Shown here: piece by piece, positions 38,069-47,752 of the stretch | Layout of the letters: each line of letters opens with the position of its first letter | Numbering within the stretch: position 1 is the stretch's first letter | Source of the DNA: Nitrospirae bacterium MYbin3 | Lineage (GTDB): Bacteria; Nitrospirota; Thermodesulfovibrionia; Thermodesulfovibrionales; Dissulfurispiraceae | Assembly (NCBI GenBank): GCA_002753335.1 | Contig: PEAD01000010.1 | Span: forward strand, 1 to 64,000 | Length of the DNA: 64,000 nt | Direction of reading: 5' to 3' | Translations under genes and position numbers: made by a program | The notes under the pieces: model-generated | What the model was told of the DNA's origin: nothing | What the model saw: only the letters and a program-made list of their open reading frames with translations | The model's database searches: none

Positions 38069-39136
38069 ATGAAACGACTTGCATATAAGCGATCTAAAAA
38101 ATCAGGTCTTCCACCTGGTTCAACTGTTCATATAGGCGAGAAAAAATCCGATGTCGTCAAAATTGCGGTGATAGATTATGACGAAAATGGTGTTCAGGAA
38201 AAAGCGGTTCAGAGAATCGAAGAATGTTTTGCATTTAGAGATCGACAATCCATCACATGGATCAACATTGAAGGGGTACACGATACCGATATTATTACAA
38301 AGCTTGGGGAGTATTACGGTTTTCATCCCCTTATGCTCGAAGACATCGCAAACACTCAGCAGCGGCCTAAGATGGATGATTATGCTGAGTACCTTTATAT
38401 AGTTTTAAAAATGATATTCAAGAGCAGCTTAAATGATATTGTAAAGACCGAGCAAGTGAGTTTTATTACCGGCTTAAACTTTGTCATCTCTTTTCAAGAA
38501 GGGGTTGAGGGCGATGTGTTTGAGCCTCTGAGGGAGGCAATACGTAACAACAAGAACCGTTTTCGAGTGATGGGGGCTGACTATCTTCTTTACTCGCTCA
38601 TTGATGCAATTGTTGATAGTTATTTCGGAGTTCTCGAAAATATGGGAGAGGAGATAGAAACTGTCGAGGATGTGCTAATTCTGAATCCTGAGTCTCAAAC
38701 ACTGGAGACCATTCACAGACTGAAACGCGAACTGATTACTCTGAGAAAAGCTGTTTGGCCTCTCCGAGAACTGATAAACAAACTACAGAGAAATGAAACG
38801 TCCATAATAAAGGATCATACAAAAGTATATCTTCGTGATGTTTATGATCACACCATCCAGATAATCGACACTGTGGAGACCTACCGAGATATGGTGTCGG
38901 GAATGATAGATATTTATCTGTCAAGCGCCAGCAATCGTATGAATGCGATAATGAAGGTGCTGAAAATCATAGCGACAATTTTTATGCCGCTGACCTTTCT
39001 TGCAGGAGTGTACGGCATGAATTTTAAGCACATGCCGGAATACGAATGGCAATACGGATATCCTCTTTTATGGCTTTTCATGATCGCGATAAGCGGCGCA
39101 ATGCTGTATTTTTTCAGAAGAAAGAAATGGATTTAA
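38069..39136 (+). CDS. corA: Mg/Co transporter CorA
   Basis: GLPPG, HPL.LEDI....QRPK, YGMNF..MPE. Confidence 0.95.
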   Translation: MKRLAYKRSKKSGLPPGSTVHIGEKKSDVVKIAVIDYDENGVQEKAVQRIEECFAFRDRQSITWINIEGVHDTDIITKLGEYYGFHPLMLEDIANTQQRPKMDDYAEYLYIVLKMIFKSSLNDIVKTEQVSFITGLNFVISFQEGVEGDVFEPLREAIRNNKNRFRVMGADYLLYSLIDAIVDSYFGVLENMGEEIETVEDVLILNPESQTLETIHRLKRELITLRKAVWPLRELINKLQRNETSIIKDHTKVYLRDVYDHTIQIIDTVETYRDMVSGMIDIYLSSASNRMNAIMKVLKIIATIFMPLTFLAGVYGMNFKHMPEYEWQYGYPLLWLFMIAISGAMLYFFRRKKWI

Positions 39137-39221
39137 AAAGACAATAATCTTAAACAGCGGGAACAGACGCACCTGAAAAAAGAACAATGGATAAGGGAAA
39201 CGAGAAAACGAGAATTTTATT

Positions 39222-39250
39222 TTGACAGAATTTTTACATAGTGGTAGTAT
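39222..39250 (+). promoter_or_regulatory. Sigma70-type promoter
   Basis: TTGACA, 17 bp, TAGTAT with an extended TG, upstream of the lipoprotein gene. Confidence 0.6.
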
Positions 39251-39292
39251 TTAGCACCGTATCAGTATTAACAAAAATGGAGGTTATGTTTT

Positions 39293-39649
39293 ATGAAAAA
39301 TTTGCGCATTATTGTTCCTTGTATTGCTGTGTTACTGTTTGGCTGTTCTACTCCAAATCAAATGAGGGAGAAAACTCCGGATATGGAAGTCACGAGCAGC
39401 AAGCCTGCTCAGAAAGTTGCTGCTTGTATTGCTAACCGTTGGGAGAATTTGGGCGTTATGGGGTCCACGATCCCCGTCAATATGAAGCCGACAGAAGATG
39501 GTTATTCTGTGTCATGGTATAACACCACTTGGGAAAAAACCAATATTATTGCCGATGTCAAAGAAAACAAAAGCGGATCAGTAACTCGCTTTTATAGGGC
39601 CATTAGTATGACTGAGCGTTTCGAGAAGGCAATTAAGGAGTGCCAGTAA
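39293..39649 (+). CDS. Small hypothetical lipoprotein
   Basis: GGAGG RBS; lipobox LFGC; internal and C-terminal Cys pair. Confidence 0.7.
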   Translation: MKNLRIIVPCIAVLLFGCSTPNQMREKTPDMEVTSSKPAQKVAACIANRWENLGVMGSTIPVNMKPTEDGYSVSWYNTTWEKTNIIADVKENKSGSVTRFYRAISMTERFEKAIKECQ

Positions 39650-39651
39650 AT

Positions 39652-39707
39652 AAAGTACTTTTTAACGTGATCGCGTAAAACGCTCCCCATGAATTCCAGC
39701 GTTCGGT
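39652..39707 (+). other. Degenerate attC-like site
   Basis: ...acgtgatcgcg-taaaa-cgctccccatga-attccagc-GTTCGGT. The right half is attC-like and the left half is eroded. Confidence 0.4.
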
Positions 39708-39718
39708 AAAACCTAAAT

Positions 39719-40774
39719 ATGAAATTGCATGATCTGGGTTTTGAAAAATGGTTTGAAACGCACGCCTCCGAGTTGCGCCGGGAGGTAAGTGATATAGCTC
39801 GCGTATCGGCTGTCGATCGTGGCGCATACCTTATAAGAAACGAATCAGGAGAGGTCCCTGCTGAACTAACAGGCAAACTTTCTTACATGATTGAAAGTCC
39901 CGTCGACCTGCCGTGTGTCGGAGATTGGGTGGCGATACAATACTACGACAACGCCATGGCAGCTGTCATCCATGGGGTGTTTCCACGAAAGACGTTATTG
40001 CGGCGCAAAACCGCAGGTGCAAACGTCGAATTCCAAATGATTGCAGCCAACATTGATGCCGCTTTTATTGTTCAGTCATGCCATTTCGATTTTAACCCCA
40101 ATCGTCTGGATCGATATTTGGTCATGGCGGCAGGTGGCGGCGTTGAACCGATAGTAATGCTCACGAAGACGGACTTAATCTCCCAAGACGAGCTGCAGCA
40201 GAAAATTGCGGTCATCAACTCGGCCCATAAAACCAGAATCCTTACAGTCAGCAACCTTACGGGCAGCGGGCTTGACGAGTTGCAGCAAACACTCTGCCCG
40301 GGAAAGACATATTGCCTGCTTGGTTCATCGGGTGTCGGGAAAACAACCATCATCAACCGACTTATTGGTCGGGAAGCATTCGACATAAAGCCGGTCAGCG
40401 GTACGGGAGAAGGCACCCACACGACTTCGCGCCGGCAGCTTATCGTTCTCAGCCAAGGGGCTATGCTGATCGATACGCCCGGCATGCGTGAGCTTGCCCT
40501 TGTCGGCACTGGCGACGGGCTGAATGCTGGCTTCGAAGATCTTGTCAGGCTATCGGTAAAATGCCGTTATGCTAATTGTAGCCACGAGCACGAGCCAGGC
40601 TGTGCTGTCCGAGCTGCAGTGGAAAGTGGTGAATTGAGTAAAGATCGATATTCCAGTTATATGAAGCTCAGGAAAGAGTCGGAGTATTACGAAATGTCAT
40701 ACCTAGACAAACGGAAGAAGGACAAAGCGTTCGGCCGATTCATTAAATCGTACAAAAAGCAAATGAAAGACTGA
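39719..40774 (+). CDS. rsgA: RsgA-family circularly permuted GTPase (paralog type)
   Basis: P.VGDWV, AANID, TKTD, GSSGVGKTT, HTT, DTPGMRE, CRYANCSHEHEPGC. Confidence 0.9.
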   Translation: MKLHDLGFEKWFETHASELRREVSDIARVSAVDRGAYLIRNESGEVPAELTGKLSYMIESPVDLPCVGDWVAIQYYDNAMAAVIHGVFPRKTLLRRKTAGANVEFQMIAANIDAAFIVQSCHFDFNPNRLDRYLVMAAGGGVEPIVMLTKTDLISQDELQQKIAVINSAHKTRILTVSNLTGSGLDELQQTLCPGKTYCLLGSSGVGKTTIINRLIGREAFDIKPVSGTGEGTHTTSRRQLIVLSQGAMLIDTPGMRELALVGTGDGLNAGFEDLVRLSVKCRYANCSHEHEPGCAVRAAVESGELSKDRYSSYMKLRKESEYYEMSYLDKRKKDKAFGRFIKSYKKQMKD

Positions 40775-40783
40775 GATGCAAGT

Positions 40784-40833
40784 ACCGCACGTGCTAATAC
40801 AGCCGACGGCCGCGTCTGATTAGCACGTTATCT
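40784..40833 (+). other. attC-like site downstream of rsgA
   Basis: accgCAC-gtgctaat-a-cagccg-acggccg-cgtctg-attagcac-GTTatct: a bulged imperfect palindrome ending in GTT. Confidence 0.55.
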
Positions 40834-40960
40834 CACTTTCCTGTAGAAGTTATCTTCAACAATAAAAGCCCTCAACTCAAAAACTTTCTTGGTGTGCTTG
40901 TCAATATTAAAAAGCGAAAGATATAATAAAAGCCTTTAAATTGTAAGCGGAGGTTTTTTT

Positions 40961-42223
40961 ATGATGACTATCACCGAAAAGATACTTGCAGCCCATGCTG
41001 GCAAAGATGAAGTAGTTGCTGGAGAGCTTATAAATGCGAAGGTTGATCTGGTTCTGGCCAATGACATAACCGCCCCGATCTCTATTACTGAATTCGGCAA
41101 GTCCGGCGCAGCAAAAGTATTCGACAAGGACCGCATCGCTCTTATTCCTGACCACTTTACACCACAGAAAGATATTAAGGCTGCGGAACAATGCAAAATG
41201 CTGAGAGAATTCTCAAAAAAGCACCAACTTAGCCTTTATTTTGAGGTTGGTAGAATGGGCATAGAACATGCGCTTTTACCTGAGCAGGGAATTGTTGTGC
41301 CCGGTGACCTTGTGATAGGAGCAGACAGCCATACCTGCACTTACGGTGCACTCGGGGCTTTTGCTACTGGAGTTGGTTCGACAGATGTGGCCGCTGCAAT
41401 GGCTTCAGGGGAATGCTGGTTCAAAGTGCCTGAGTCGATGAAATTCATTTATTACGGAAAACTGAACAAGTGGGCCAGCGGCAAAGACCTGATACTGCAC
41501 ACAATCGGAGATATAGGTGTTGACGGAGCCCTTTACAGGGCGATGGAGTTTGAGGGCGAGGCCATAAGCGGTCTTCCGATGTACGGCAGGCTGACAATGT
41601 GCAATATGGCTATTGAGGCAGGCGGGAAAAACGGACTAATTGTTCCTGATACAATTACCGAAGAATATGTTAAAGGAAGAGCCAAGAGGCCTTATAAATT
41701 CTACTACTCAGACCCAAAAGCATCTTACGTAGAGGTCAAAGAATATGACTGTTCAAAAATTCCCCTGACCGTTTCATGCCCCCATCTGCCTTCAAACACA
41801 AAACCGGCGCAGGAACTTTCCGGCGTAACAGTGGATCAGGTGGTCGTAGGCTCATGCACCAACGGCAGGCTTGAAGATCTGCGCGAGGCGGCTCAGATAC
41901 TTAAAGGCAGAAAGGTAAATCCTAACGTGAGGATGATAATATTCCCTGCAACCCAGTTGATTTACAAACAGGCGATGCATGAAGGGTTGATGGACATATT
42001 CATTGATGCAGAAGCTGTGGTTTCTACACCAACCTGCGGCCCATGCCTCGGCGGACATATGGGCATACTAGCAAAGGGCGAACGCGCTATAGCAACCACA
42101 AACAGAAACTTCGTCGGAAGGATGGGCCATCCCGAAAGCGAGGTATTCCTTTCTAATCCTGCGGTTGCGGCCGCGTCTGCGGTTTTAGGCAGAATAGGCA
42201 CACCTGAAGAGCTGGGGCTTTAG
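40961..42223 (+). CDS. leuC: 3-isopropylmalate dehydratase large subunit (LeuC/HacA family)
   Basis: [45 protein letters not shown]. Confidence 0.9.
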   Translation: MMTITEKILAAHAGKDEVVAGELINAKVDLVLANDITAPISITEFGKSGAAKVFDKDRIALIPDHFTPQKDIKAAEQCKMLREFSKKHQLSLYFEVGRMGIEHALLPEQGIVVPGDLVIGADSHTCTYGALGAFATGVGSTDVAAAMASGECWFKVPESMKFIYYGKLNKWASGKDLILHTIGDIGVDGALYRAMEFEGEAISGLPMYGRLTMCNMAIEAGGKNGLIVPDTITEEYVKGRAKRPYKFYYSDPKASYVEVKEYDCSKIPLTVSCPHLPSNTKPAQELSGVTVDQVVVGSCTNGRLEDLREAAQILKGRKVNPNVRMIIFPATQLIYKQAMHEGLMDIFIDAEAVVSTPTCGPCLGGHMGILAKGERAIATTNRNFVGRMGHPESEVFLSNPAVAAASAVLGRIGTPEELGL

Positions 42224-42224
42224 C

Positions 42225-42686
42225 ATGACTCCCGAACAAAAACTGTTTGATTTAGGCATCACACTTCCGGAGCTGCCGAAACCGCTCGGCGCTTATGTGC
42301 CATGTGTGCAGTCAGGAAATCTGCTTTTCATAAGCGGCATGCTTCCATTAAGAGATGGAAAGCTTATGTTTACGGGCAAAGCGGGTGAGGAGGTTTCAGT
42401 TGAGGATGCTCAGGCAGGTGCAAAACAGTCCGCCATCAATGCCCTTGCGGTTGTAAAAGCTCACTGTGGCAGCCTCTCAAAAATCAGAAAATGCATTAAG
42501 CTTACCGGGTTTATCGCCTCTACAACAGATTTCATTGATCAACCTAAGGTCTTAAACGGTGCATCCGAATTTTTATTTAAGGTTCTGGGAGAAAAAGGGC
42601 TTCATGCGCGCGCTGCAATAGGAGCGGCTGTGCTTCCTCTAAACGCAACCGTAGAAATAGATTTTATTTTTGAGATTGAAGATTAA
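42225..42686 (+). CDS. RidA/YjgF-family protein
   Basis: YVP....NLLFISG.LP, NGASE, HARAAIG..LP....VEID. Confidence 0.88.
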   Translation: MTPEQKLFDLGITLPELPKPLGAYVPCVQSGNLLFISGMLPLRDGKLMFTGKAGEEVSVEDAQAGAKQSAINALAVVKAHCGSLSKIRKCIKLTGFIASTTDFIDQPKVLNGASEFLFKVLGEKGLHARAAIGAAVLPLNATVEIDFIFEIED

Positions 42687-42709
42687 AAAATTGGAAGATA
42701 AGCTTTTAG

Positions 42710-42741
42710 AAAGGGGGCGCCGCAAGCGGCGCCCCCTTTTT
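42710..42741. terminator. Bidirectional intrinsic terminator between ridA and csp
   Basis: AAA-GGGGGCGCCG-caag-CGGCGCCCCC-TTTTT between convergent genes. Confidence 0.85.
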
Positions 42742-42744
42742 GGT

Positions 42745-42945
42745 TTACGCTTTTTGTACGTTTTCTGCCTTAGGACCTTTGGGGCCGTCAGCTATGTCAA
42801 ACGTTACTGCCTGACCTTCGCTGAGCGACTTGAATCCGCTGCCCTGAACGGCTGAATAGTGTACGAAGACGTCTCCGCCTTCATCGTTGGTGATGAACCC
42901 AAAACCTTTGGACTCATTGAACCACTTCACTTTTCCTTTCGCCAT
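42745..42945 (-). CDS. Cold-shock protein
   Basis: [29 protein letters not shown]. Confidence 0.96.
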   Translation of the reverse strand: MAKGKVKWFNESKGFGFITNDEGGDVFVHYSAVQGSGFKSLSEGQAVTFDIADGPKGPKAENVQKA

Positions 42946-43009
42946 GTTGCTACACCTCCTTACTGTGCTAATGTGCTAAACTGATTTAAAGCTTACGGAG
43001 TCATGCCGC

Positions 43010-43041
43010 AAAAAAAACCGCAAAGTTAATGTCTTTGCGGT
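43010..43041 (-). terminator. Terminator-like hairpin in the csp leader region
   Basis: Minus strand ACCGCAAAG-acattaa-CTTTGCGGT-TTTTTTT, about 65 nt upstream of the csp ATG. Confidence 0.6.
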
Positions 43042-43177
43042 CATTTACAACAAAAACATCCGAACTTCATTTGGTAGTATTGCAGATAACTTAAAAAAAA
43101 TCAAGACCGGAAACACACTTTTTACGCAATAATAACAACCGTTGCCTGCACCCCTCTCCTTAAGTTATTATTAGTCT

Positions 43178-43585
43178 ATGATTAAATGGACCGACGACCT
43201 TTTGATAGGAATAGACGCTATAGACGATCAGCACAAAGAGCTCTTCGAAAGGATTGGCCAATTTTACGACTCGATAGACAAGGGATTGACCGCGCCCCAA
43301 GTTAACGAGATAATGGACTATCTTGCTGATTACGCCAACACCCATTTCGCAACGGAAGAGGGGTACATGTCGCAATATGATTATCCGGAATACAGACAGC
43401 ACAAAGAGCTGCACCAAGTGTTTATTTCGGACCTCTATACCATACAAAAAAGACTTAGTCAGGACGGCTTTTCAAGCCTGCTCGGGGCTGAATTAGAAGG
43501 CTCACTCTATCATTGGCTTGTTGAACACGTATCACAAGTTGATAAAAAACTCGCCGACTATCTGAAAGACAAAATCAAAAGCTGA
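43178..43585 (+). CDS. Bacteriohemerythrin
   Basis: W...L.IG...ID.QHKEL, HF..EE..M...YP....HK..H, WL..H...D. Confidence 0.93.
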   Translation: MIKWTDDLLIGIDAIDDQHKELFERIGQFYDSIDKGLTAPQVNEIMDYLADYANTHFATEEGYMSQYDYPEYRQHKELHQVFISDLYTIQKRLSQDGFSSLLGAELEGSLYHWLVEHVSQVDKKLADYLKDKIKS

Positions 43586-43586
43586 T

Positions 43587-45884
43587 TCAGGCAAATAACG
43601 CATTCAAAAAAAACAGTGCGCCTTTTTTGTCGAGCGGAGTATTGGCCGAACCGCACTGTGAATCTTGAACGCACGAAGGGCAGCCCTCTTCACAGTCGCA
43701 ATTATTTGCAATCTCAATTGCAGAATTTATCCAGTCTTCAGGCAGGTCCAAAACTCGCCTTGCCAGTCCTATGCCGCCTTCGCATCCGTCGTAAATAAAT
43801 ATCGCTGGAGTCTTGAATTCAGGATAGAGCGGATAACTCAAGCCTCCGATATCTCCCTTATCGCAAAGAGAGAACAGCGGCAACGCCGAGATGAGCAGAT
43901 GTTCCGCCGCATGGATTGTGCCCGAAAAATCAAAGCCTTTGTCCCTTAGGCTATTTTCGAGCTTTTTGCTTATTATCATCGCAATACCTTCTGTCTCGAA
44001 AATATATTCAGGCATCTCGACGCTATATCTTGAAAGCCTCGAACCATTATACAGGTTCTTCCTGTCATAACCGACAACCCGATAAGTTATCCTCAGCCTG
44101 CCATGATAAAGCCCGATGTCGCGGCTGAGCTGCCTTTCAGAAGCTTGCGGCGCACCTATTATCTCTATATGCTCATTTGAAAGCGCCTGTGTGTAATAAT
44201 CAACATCCACCTCCCTGCAGTAAGCAGTCTTTTCTGCAGGGTTTGAAGCTCGCACTTCATACTGCCTGCCCCTGTGAAGATAAATGGCGCCGGGAAACCC
44301 ATCCCTGTAGATCCTTTTGCCATCGAGGTCTCCTATGTATTTACCTGCCTCATCCCTTAGTTTCATAGGCCTGCCGATTGACCGGATGCCAACTTCTGAA
44401 TGATAAAGTCTCTTGGGTGTAAACCAGCTTCTGCCTGCCTTGCCGCGTCGCAGCGCACCTTCCCTTTCAAGTTCCTGCACCGCAAATGAAAAGGCATCAG
44501 CATCATATGACTTCTCATCATCCTTTAATCCCAATTCTGCAGCCGCACATATGAGATGTTTTTTCATAATCGCAGTATTTTCGGGATGGCAGATTGCAGC
44601 CTCGTGCGGCTTCTCAAAAAATGTCTCTGGATGAGAAACAATATAATGGTCAAGAGCATCCTTCAACGCAAGCATAACTATCAAAGAGTCCTGACCCTCC
44701 CTGCCTACCCTTCCGGCCCTCTGCCATGTGCTCGAGACCGAACCCGGATATCCGCAAAGTATGCAGACATCAAGTCCGCCAATATCTACGCCGAGTTCAA
44801 GCGCGCTGGTGGAGATGACACCAACAAGCTCGCCGTTGAAAAGCCTCCGCTCGATATCTCTCCGTTCCTGCGGCAAAAAGCCGGCCCTGTAAGGACTTAT
44901 TTTATCCCTAAGCAGTGGCGCTCGTTCTATGCTCCAGCGATAGATAAGTTCGGTTATCTTTCTTGCCTTTGTGAACAAAATAGTACGCAATCCCGCATTG
45001 ATGCATTTTACAAAAACCTTTGTAGCCTCAGAATATGTACTGTCTATCGGGCTTATGAATACGAAATTGCGCCCCGACTGGGGAGCTCCTGTATTGTTCA
45101 CCAATTCAAAATTGTGTCCGGTCAAAGACTCCGAAAGCTCTTTGGGATTGGCTATTGTGGCGGAGCAGGAGATAATCTGAGGATTGCTTCCCCAATGGCT
45201 GCATATTCTTTTGAGCCTTCGCAGAACATGGCTGACATGCGAGCCAAACACGCCCCTGTACGCATGGATCTCATCAACCACGATAAATCTTAGGTTCCTG
45301 AAAAACACCTCCCATTTTCGGTGAAACTGGTTGAGCGCAAGATGCAGCATGTCAGGATTTGTAAATACAATGTTAGGAGGGTTGTCGCGTATTTTCTTTC
45401 TTATGTAAGGTGTGGTGTCTCCGTCATAAACCTCCGCAAAATCTAGGCCGCTTTTATTTTTAATCTGCTGCGGCAAACAGTCGGCAAGCAAATCGTTGAT
45501 CTTTTTTATCTGATCCTGCTCAAGCCCCTTGAGGGGGAATATATAGAGCGCCTTTGCATCAGAATCATAGAGCATCGATTCTATAACCGGGATATTGTAA
45601 ATCAAGCTCTTGCCGCTTGCAGTCGGTGTCATGACCACAAGATTATGGCCCTGCCTTATCCTCTCTATGCCTTCGGCCTGATGCGTATAAAACTTTGTGA
45701 TGCCCCTCTTAGTTAAGGCATCCCTGAGAACAGGCATTATCTGTATGTTGGCAAAAGAAGGCTCTGTGGCAGATACAAAACGATTCTCCGTAACTCCAGG
45801 GCCTATCGTCCGATCCGTTTTCAAAAAGTCGATGATGGATGCTATTTTGTCTTCTTGTTCCATTGGAAGGAAAATGTCTGACAA
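43587..45884 (-). CDS. DEAD/DEAH helicase with C-terminal Zn domain (MrfA/DUF1998-like)
   Basis: TASGKS, DEIH, SATIAN, TSALELGVDIG, QRAGR.GR, C.C..GCPSC. Confidence 0.9.
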   Translation of the reverse strand: MSDIFLPMEQEDKIASIIDFLKTDRTIGPGVTENRFVSATEPSFANIQIMPVLRDALTKRGITKFYTHQAEGIERIRQGHNLVVMTPTASGKSLIYNIPVIESMLYDSDAKALYIFPLKGLEQDQIKKINDLLADCLPQQIKNKSGLDFAEVYDGDTTPYIRKKIRDNPPNIVFTNPDMLHLALNQFHRKWEVFFRNLRFIVVDEIHAYRGVFGSHVSHVLRRLKRICSHWGSNPQIISCSATIANPKELSESLTGHNFELVNNTGAPQSGRNFVFISPIDSTYSEATKVFVKCINAGLRTILFTKARKITELIYRWSIERAPLLRDKISPYRAGFLPQERRDIERRLFNGELVGVISTSALELGVDIGGLDVCILCGYPGSVSSTWQRAGRVGREGQDSLIVMLALKDALDHYIVSHPETFFEKPHEAAICHPENTAIMKKHLICAAAELGLKDDEKSYDADAFSFAVQELEREGALRRGKAGRSWFTPKRLYHSEVGIRSIGRPMKLRDEAGKYIGDLDGKRIYRDGFPGAIYLHRGRQYEVRASNPAEKTAYCREVDVDYYTQALSNEHIEIIGAPQASERQLSRDIGLYHGRLRITYRVVGYDRKNLYNGSRLSRYSVEMPEYIFETEGIAMIISKKLENSLRDKGFDFSGTIHAAEHLLISALPLFSLCDKGDIGGLSYPLYPEFKTPAIFIYDGCEGGIGLARRVLDLPEDWINSAIEIANNCDCEEGCPSCVQDSQCGSANTPLDKKGALFFLNALFA

Positions 45885-46036
45885 AAACCATAACAGCTTT
45901 TAAATGTATAGTCAATAACAAAAATAAAATGTCACAATTTGCCTGTTTGAATACTTCATTAATTTCGATTTTTGTGTTATATTTTGTTGCATATTTTAGT
46001 TCTCTTTTCCTTTAAAATTATTGCTAGACAAACCTT

Positions 46037-47752
46037 ATGATTGCAAAAAAGAATAATTTTATACATAAAAAACTAGAAAAAATTTTAGTTGCAACAGCCA
46101 CATATAACGAGGCTGCAAACATAAAAGAATTTGTCCAGCGTGTCCGCAATGTTTTGGGCAATTCACAAGAGATCCTTGTAGTCGATGACAATTCCACGGA
46201 TGGAACAGGCAATATTGTCCGCGGCCTTATGGTTTCGGACAAACATCTGCATATAGTTACTCGCCGCTGTAAAATGGGTATCGGATCCGCCCACAAAATG
46301 ATGATGCTATACGCTATCTCTAACGAATATGACTATTTGGTCACAATGGATGGGGATCTTTCTCACCAACCGGAAGAAATCCCATCATTACTTAAACATG
46401 CAGGCAAGAATGTTTTTGTGATCGGTTCGCGCTATATGCCAGGCGGCAACTCAGATTACACCGGCACAAGGATGGCTCTGTCAAGAATTGGAAATTTCAT
46501 GGCAAGAATTATGCTGGGAATCCCTTTGAGAGAATTTACAACATCCTTCCGGGTATTTGACGTCAATCTATTGAAAAGCACACCTATAGAAGATATAAAA
46601 AGCAACGGGTACTCATTCTTTGTAGAAATGGTAAGCCTTATGAAAATGGTCGGCGCCAGACTAATCGAAGCCCCTATCCATTTCAAAGACAGAAAAAATG
46701 ACGTCTCGAAAATACCGCAATTTCAGGTATTGGCAAGCCTTTATAATCTGATAGTTCTTATGTTTAAGCAGCATTTGATTTTTAGGCCCATTGATTACAT
46801 CAAATCATACGACAAGAGTTGTCGGTCATGTGGAGAAAAGGCCTTGCTGCCATTGTGGAGAGACAAGCAAAATCGAAAAGCAGAAAAGCTTACACATAAA
46901 AACTATAACTGCTCCAGCATACAGACAGAAGCAGCCCCCCCAGTACTGTTCGAGTGCTTCTGCTGCGGGTTAATTCAGATACCCTCATCAAACTGTGGTT
47001 CGGTAGACCGCGAAATATATGCCCAAGTCGAAGATGAAACATACTTATCCAACTTTTCTGTTAAGCTTATGACGTTTAGAAACGCTTTTAGAAAAATAGC
47101 TGCCTATCTTCCTAAAAAGGAGCTGAATATTCTTGACATCGGATCATATTATGGAGCGTTCCTTGAGGTGGTTAAGGAAGCAGGACATCATGGCTACGGT
47201 ATTGAACCGTCACACATAGCATCAGCCCACTCTCGAGACATTCTGAAGCACAAGGTGGCAACCGGTTATTTCCCAGGCAAATTACCATTTCAAAATGTCA
47301 GCTTTGATCTTATAACCACGTGGGATGTGCTCGAACACGTAGATGAGCCGGATAATTTCATTGCAGCTATCAGTGAATTATTGCCAAATGACGGATTGCT
47401 GGCAGTCTCATCGATCATCTCAGATTCCTTTATAGCCAAAATACTGCGAAAACATTGGCATTGGATCCTACCCATGCACCTGACATACTTTAGAAAGCAC
47501 CAGATATTAGACATGCTTGACCGGCATGGATTCGATGTTCTTGGTTATCTTCATCACACACACTACGCATCGGTATCATATGCCATGCGTGGAGCGTCCA
47601 GGAACATGCATCCTTCGGTGCGAATGCTTGTAAAGCATATCTCAAAAGTTATTCCAGCTTCACTTGTTATCCCATTTTCTCTAGGAGATGTCCGCATGTT
47701 TATATGCAAAAAAAGACCTGTTTCAGTAGTGACTGATTTATTGCCCGCATGA
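46037..47752 (+). CDS. Fusion: GT2 (polyprenol-phosphate glycosyltransferase-like), Zn ribbon, class I SAM methyltransferase
   Basis: TYNE, VDDNS.DGT, MDGD.SH.P, GSRY; CRSC...CFCC; LDIG...G.F, DVLEHV..P, H..YF. Confidence 0.8.
   Translation: MIAKKNNFIHKKLEKILVATATYNEAANIKEFVQRVRNVLGNSQEILVVDDNSTDGTGNIVRGLMVSDKHLHIVTRRCKMGIGSAHKMMMLYAISNEYDYLVTMDGDLSHQPEEIPSLLKHAGKNVFVIGSRYMPGGNSDYTGTRMALSRIGNFMARIMLGIPLREFTTSFRVFDVNLLKSTPIEDIKSNGYSFFVEMVSLMKMVGARLIEAPIHFKDRKNDVSKIPQFQVLASLYNLIVLMFKQHLIFRPIDYIKSYDKSCRSCGEKALLPLWRDKQNRKAEKLTHKNYNCSSIQTEAAPPVLFECFCCGLIQIPSSNCGSVDREIYAQVEDETYLSNFSVKLMTFRNAFRKIAAYLPKKELNILDIGSYYGAFLEVVKEAGHHGYGIEPSHIASAHSRDILKHKVATGYFPGKLPFQNVSFDLITTWDVLEHVDEPDNFIAAISELLPNDGLLAVSSIISDSFIAKILRKHWHWILPMHLTYFRKHQILDMLDRHGFDVLGYLHHTHYASVSYAMRGASRNMHPSVRMLVKHISKVIPASLVIPFSLGDVRMFICKKRPVSVVTDLLPA

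Noticed and set aside
44556..45293. 245-aa plus-strand ORF and the other short overlapping ORFs in the track
   Set aside because: They are antisense or off-frame shadows of confident genes and lack motifs or an RBS.
43587..45884. DUF1998 helicase as part of a DISARM or Druantia defence system
   Set aside because: No partner defence genes are adjacent; size and motifs fit a standalone MrfA-like repair helicase.
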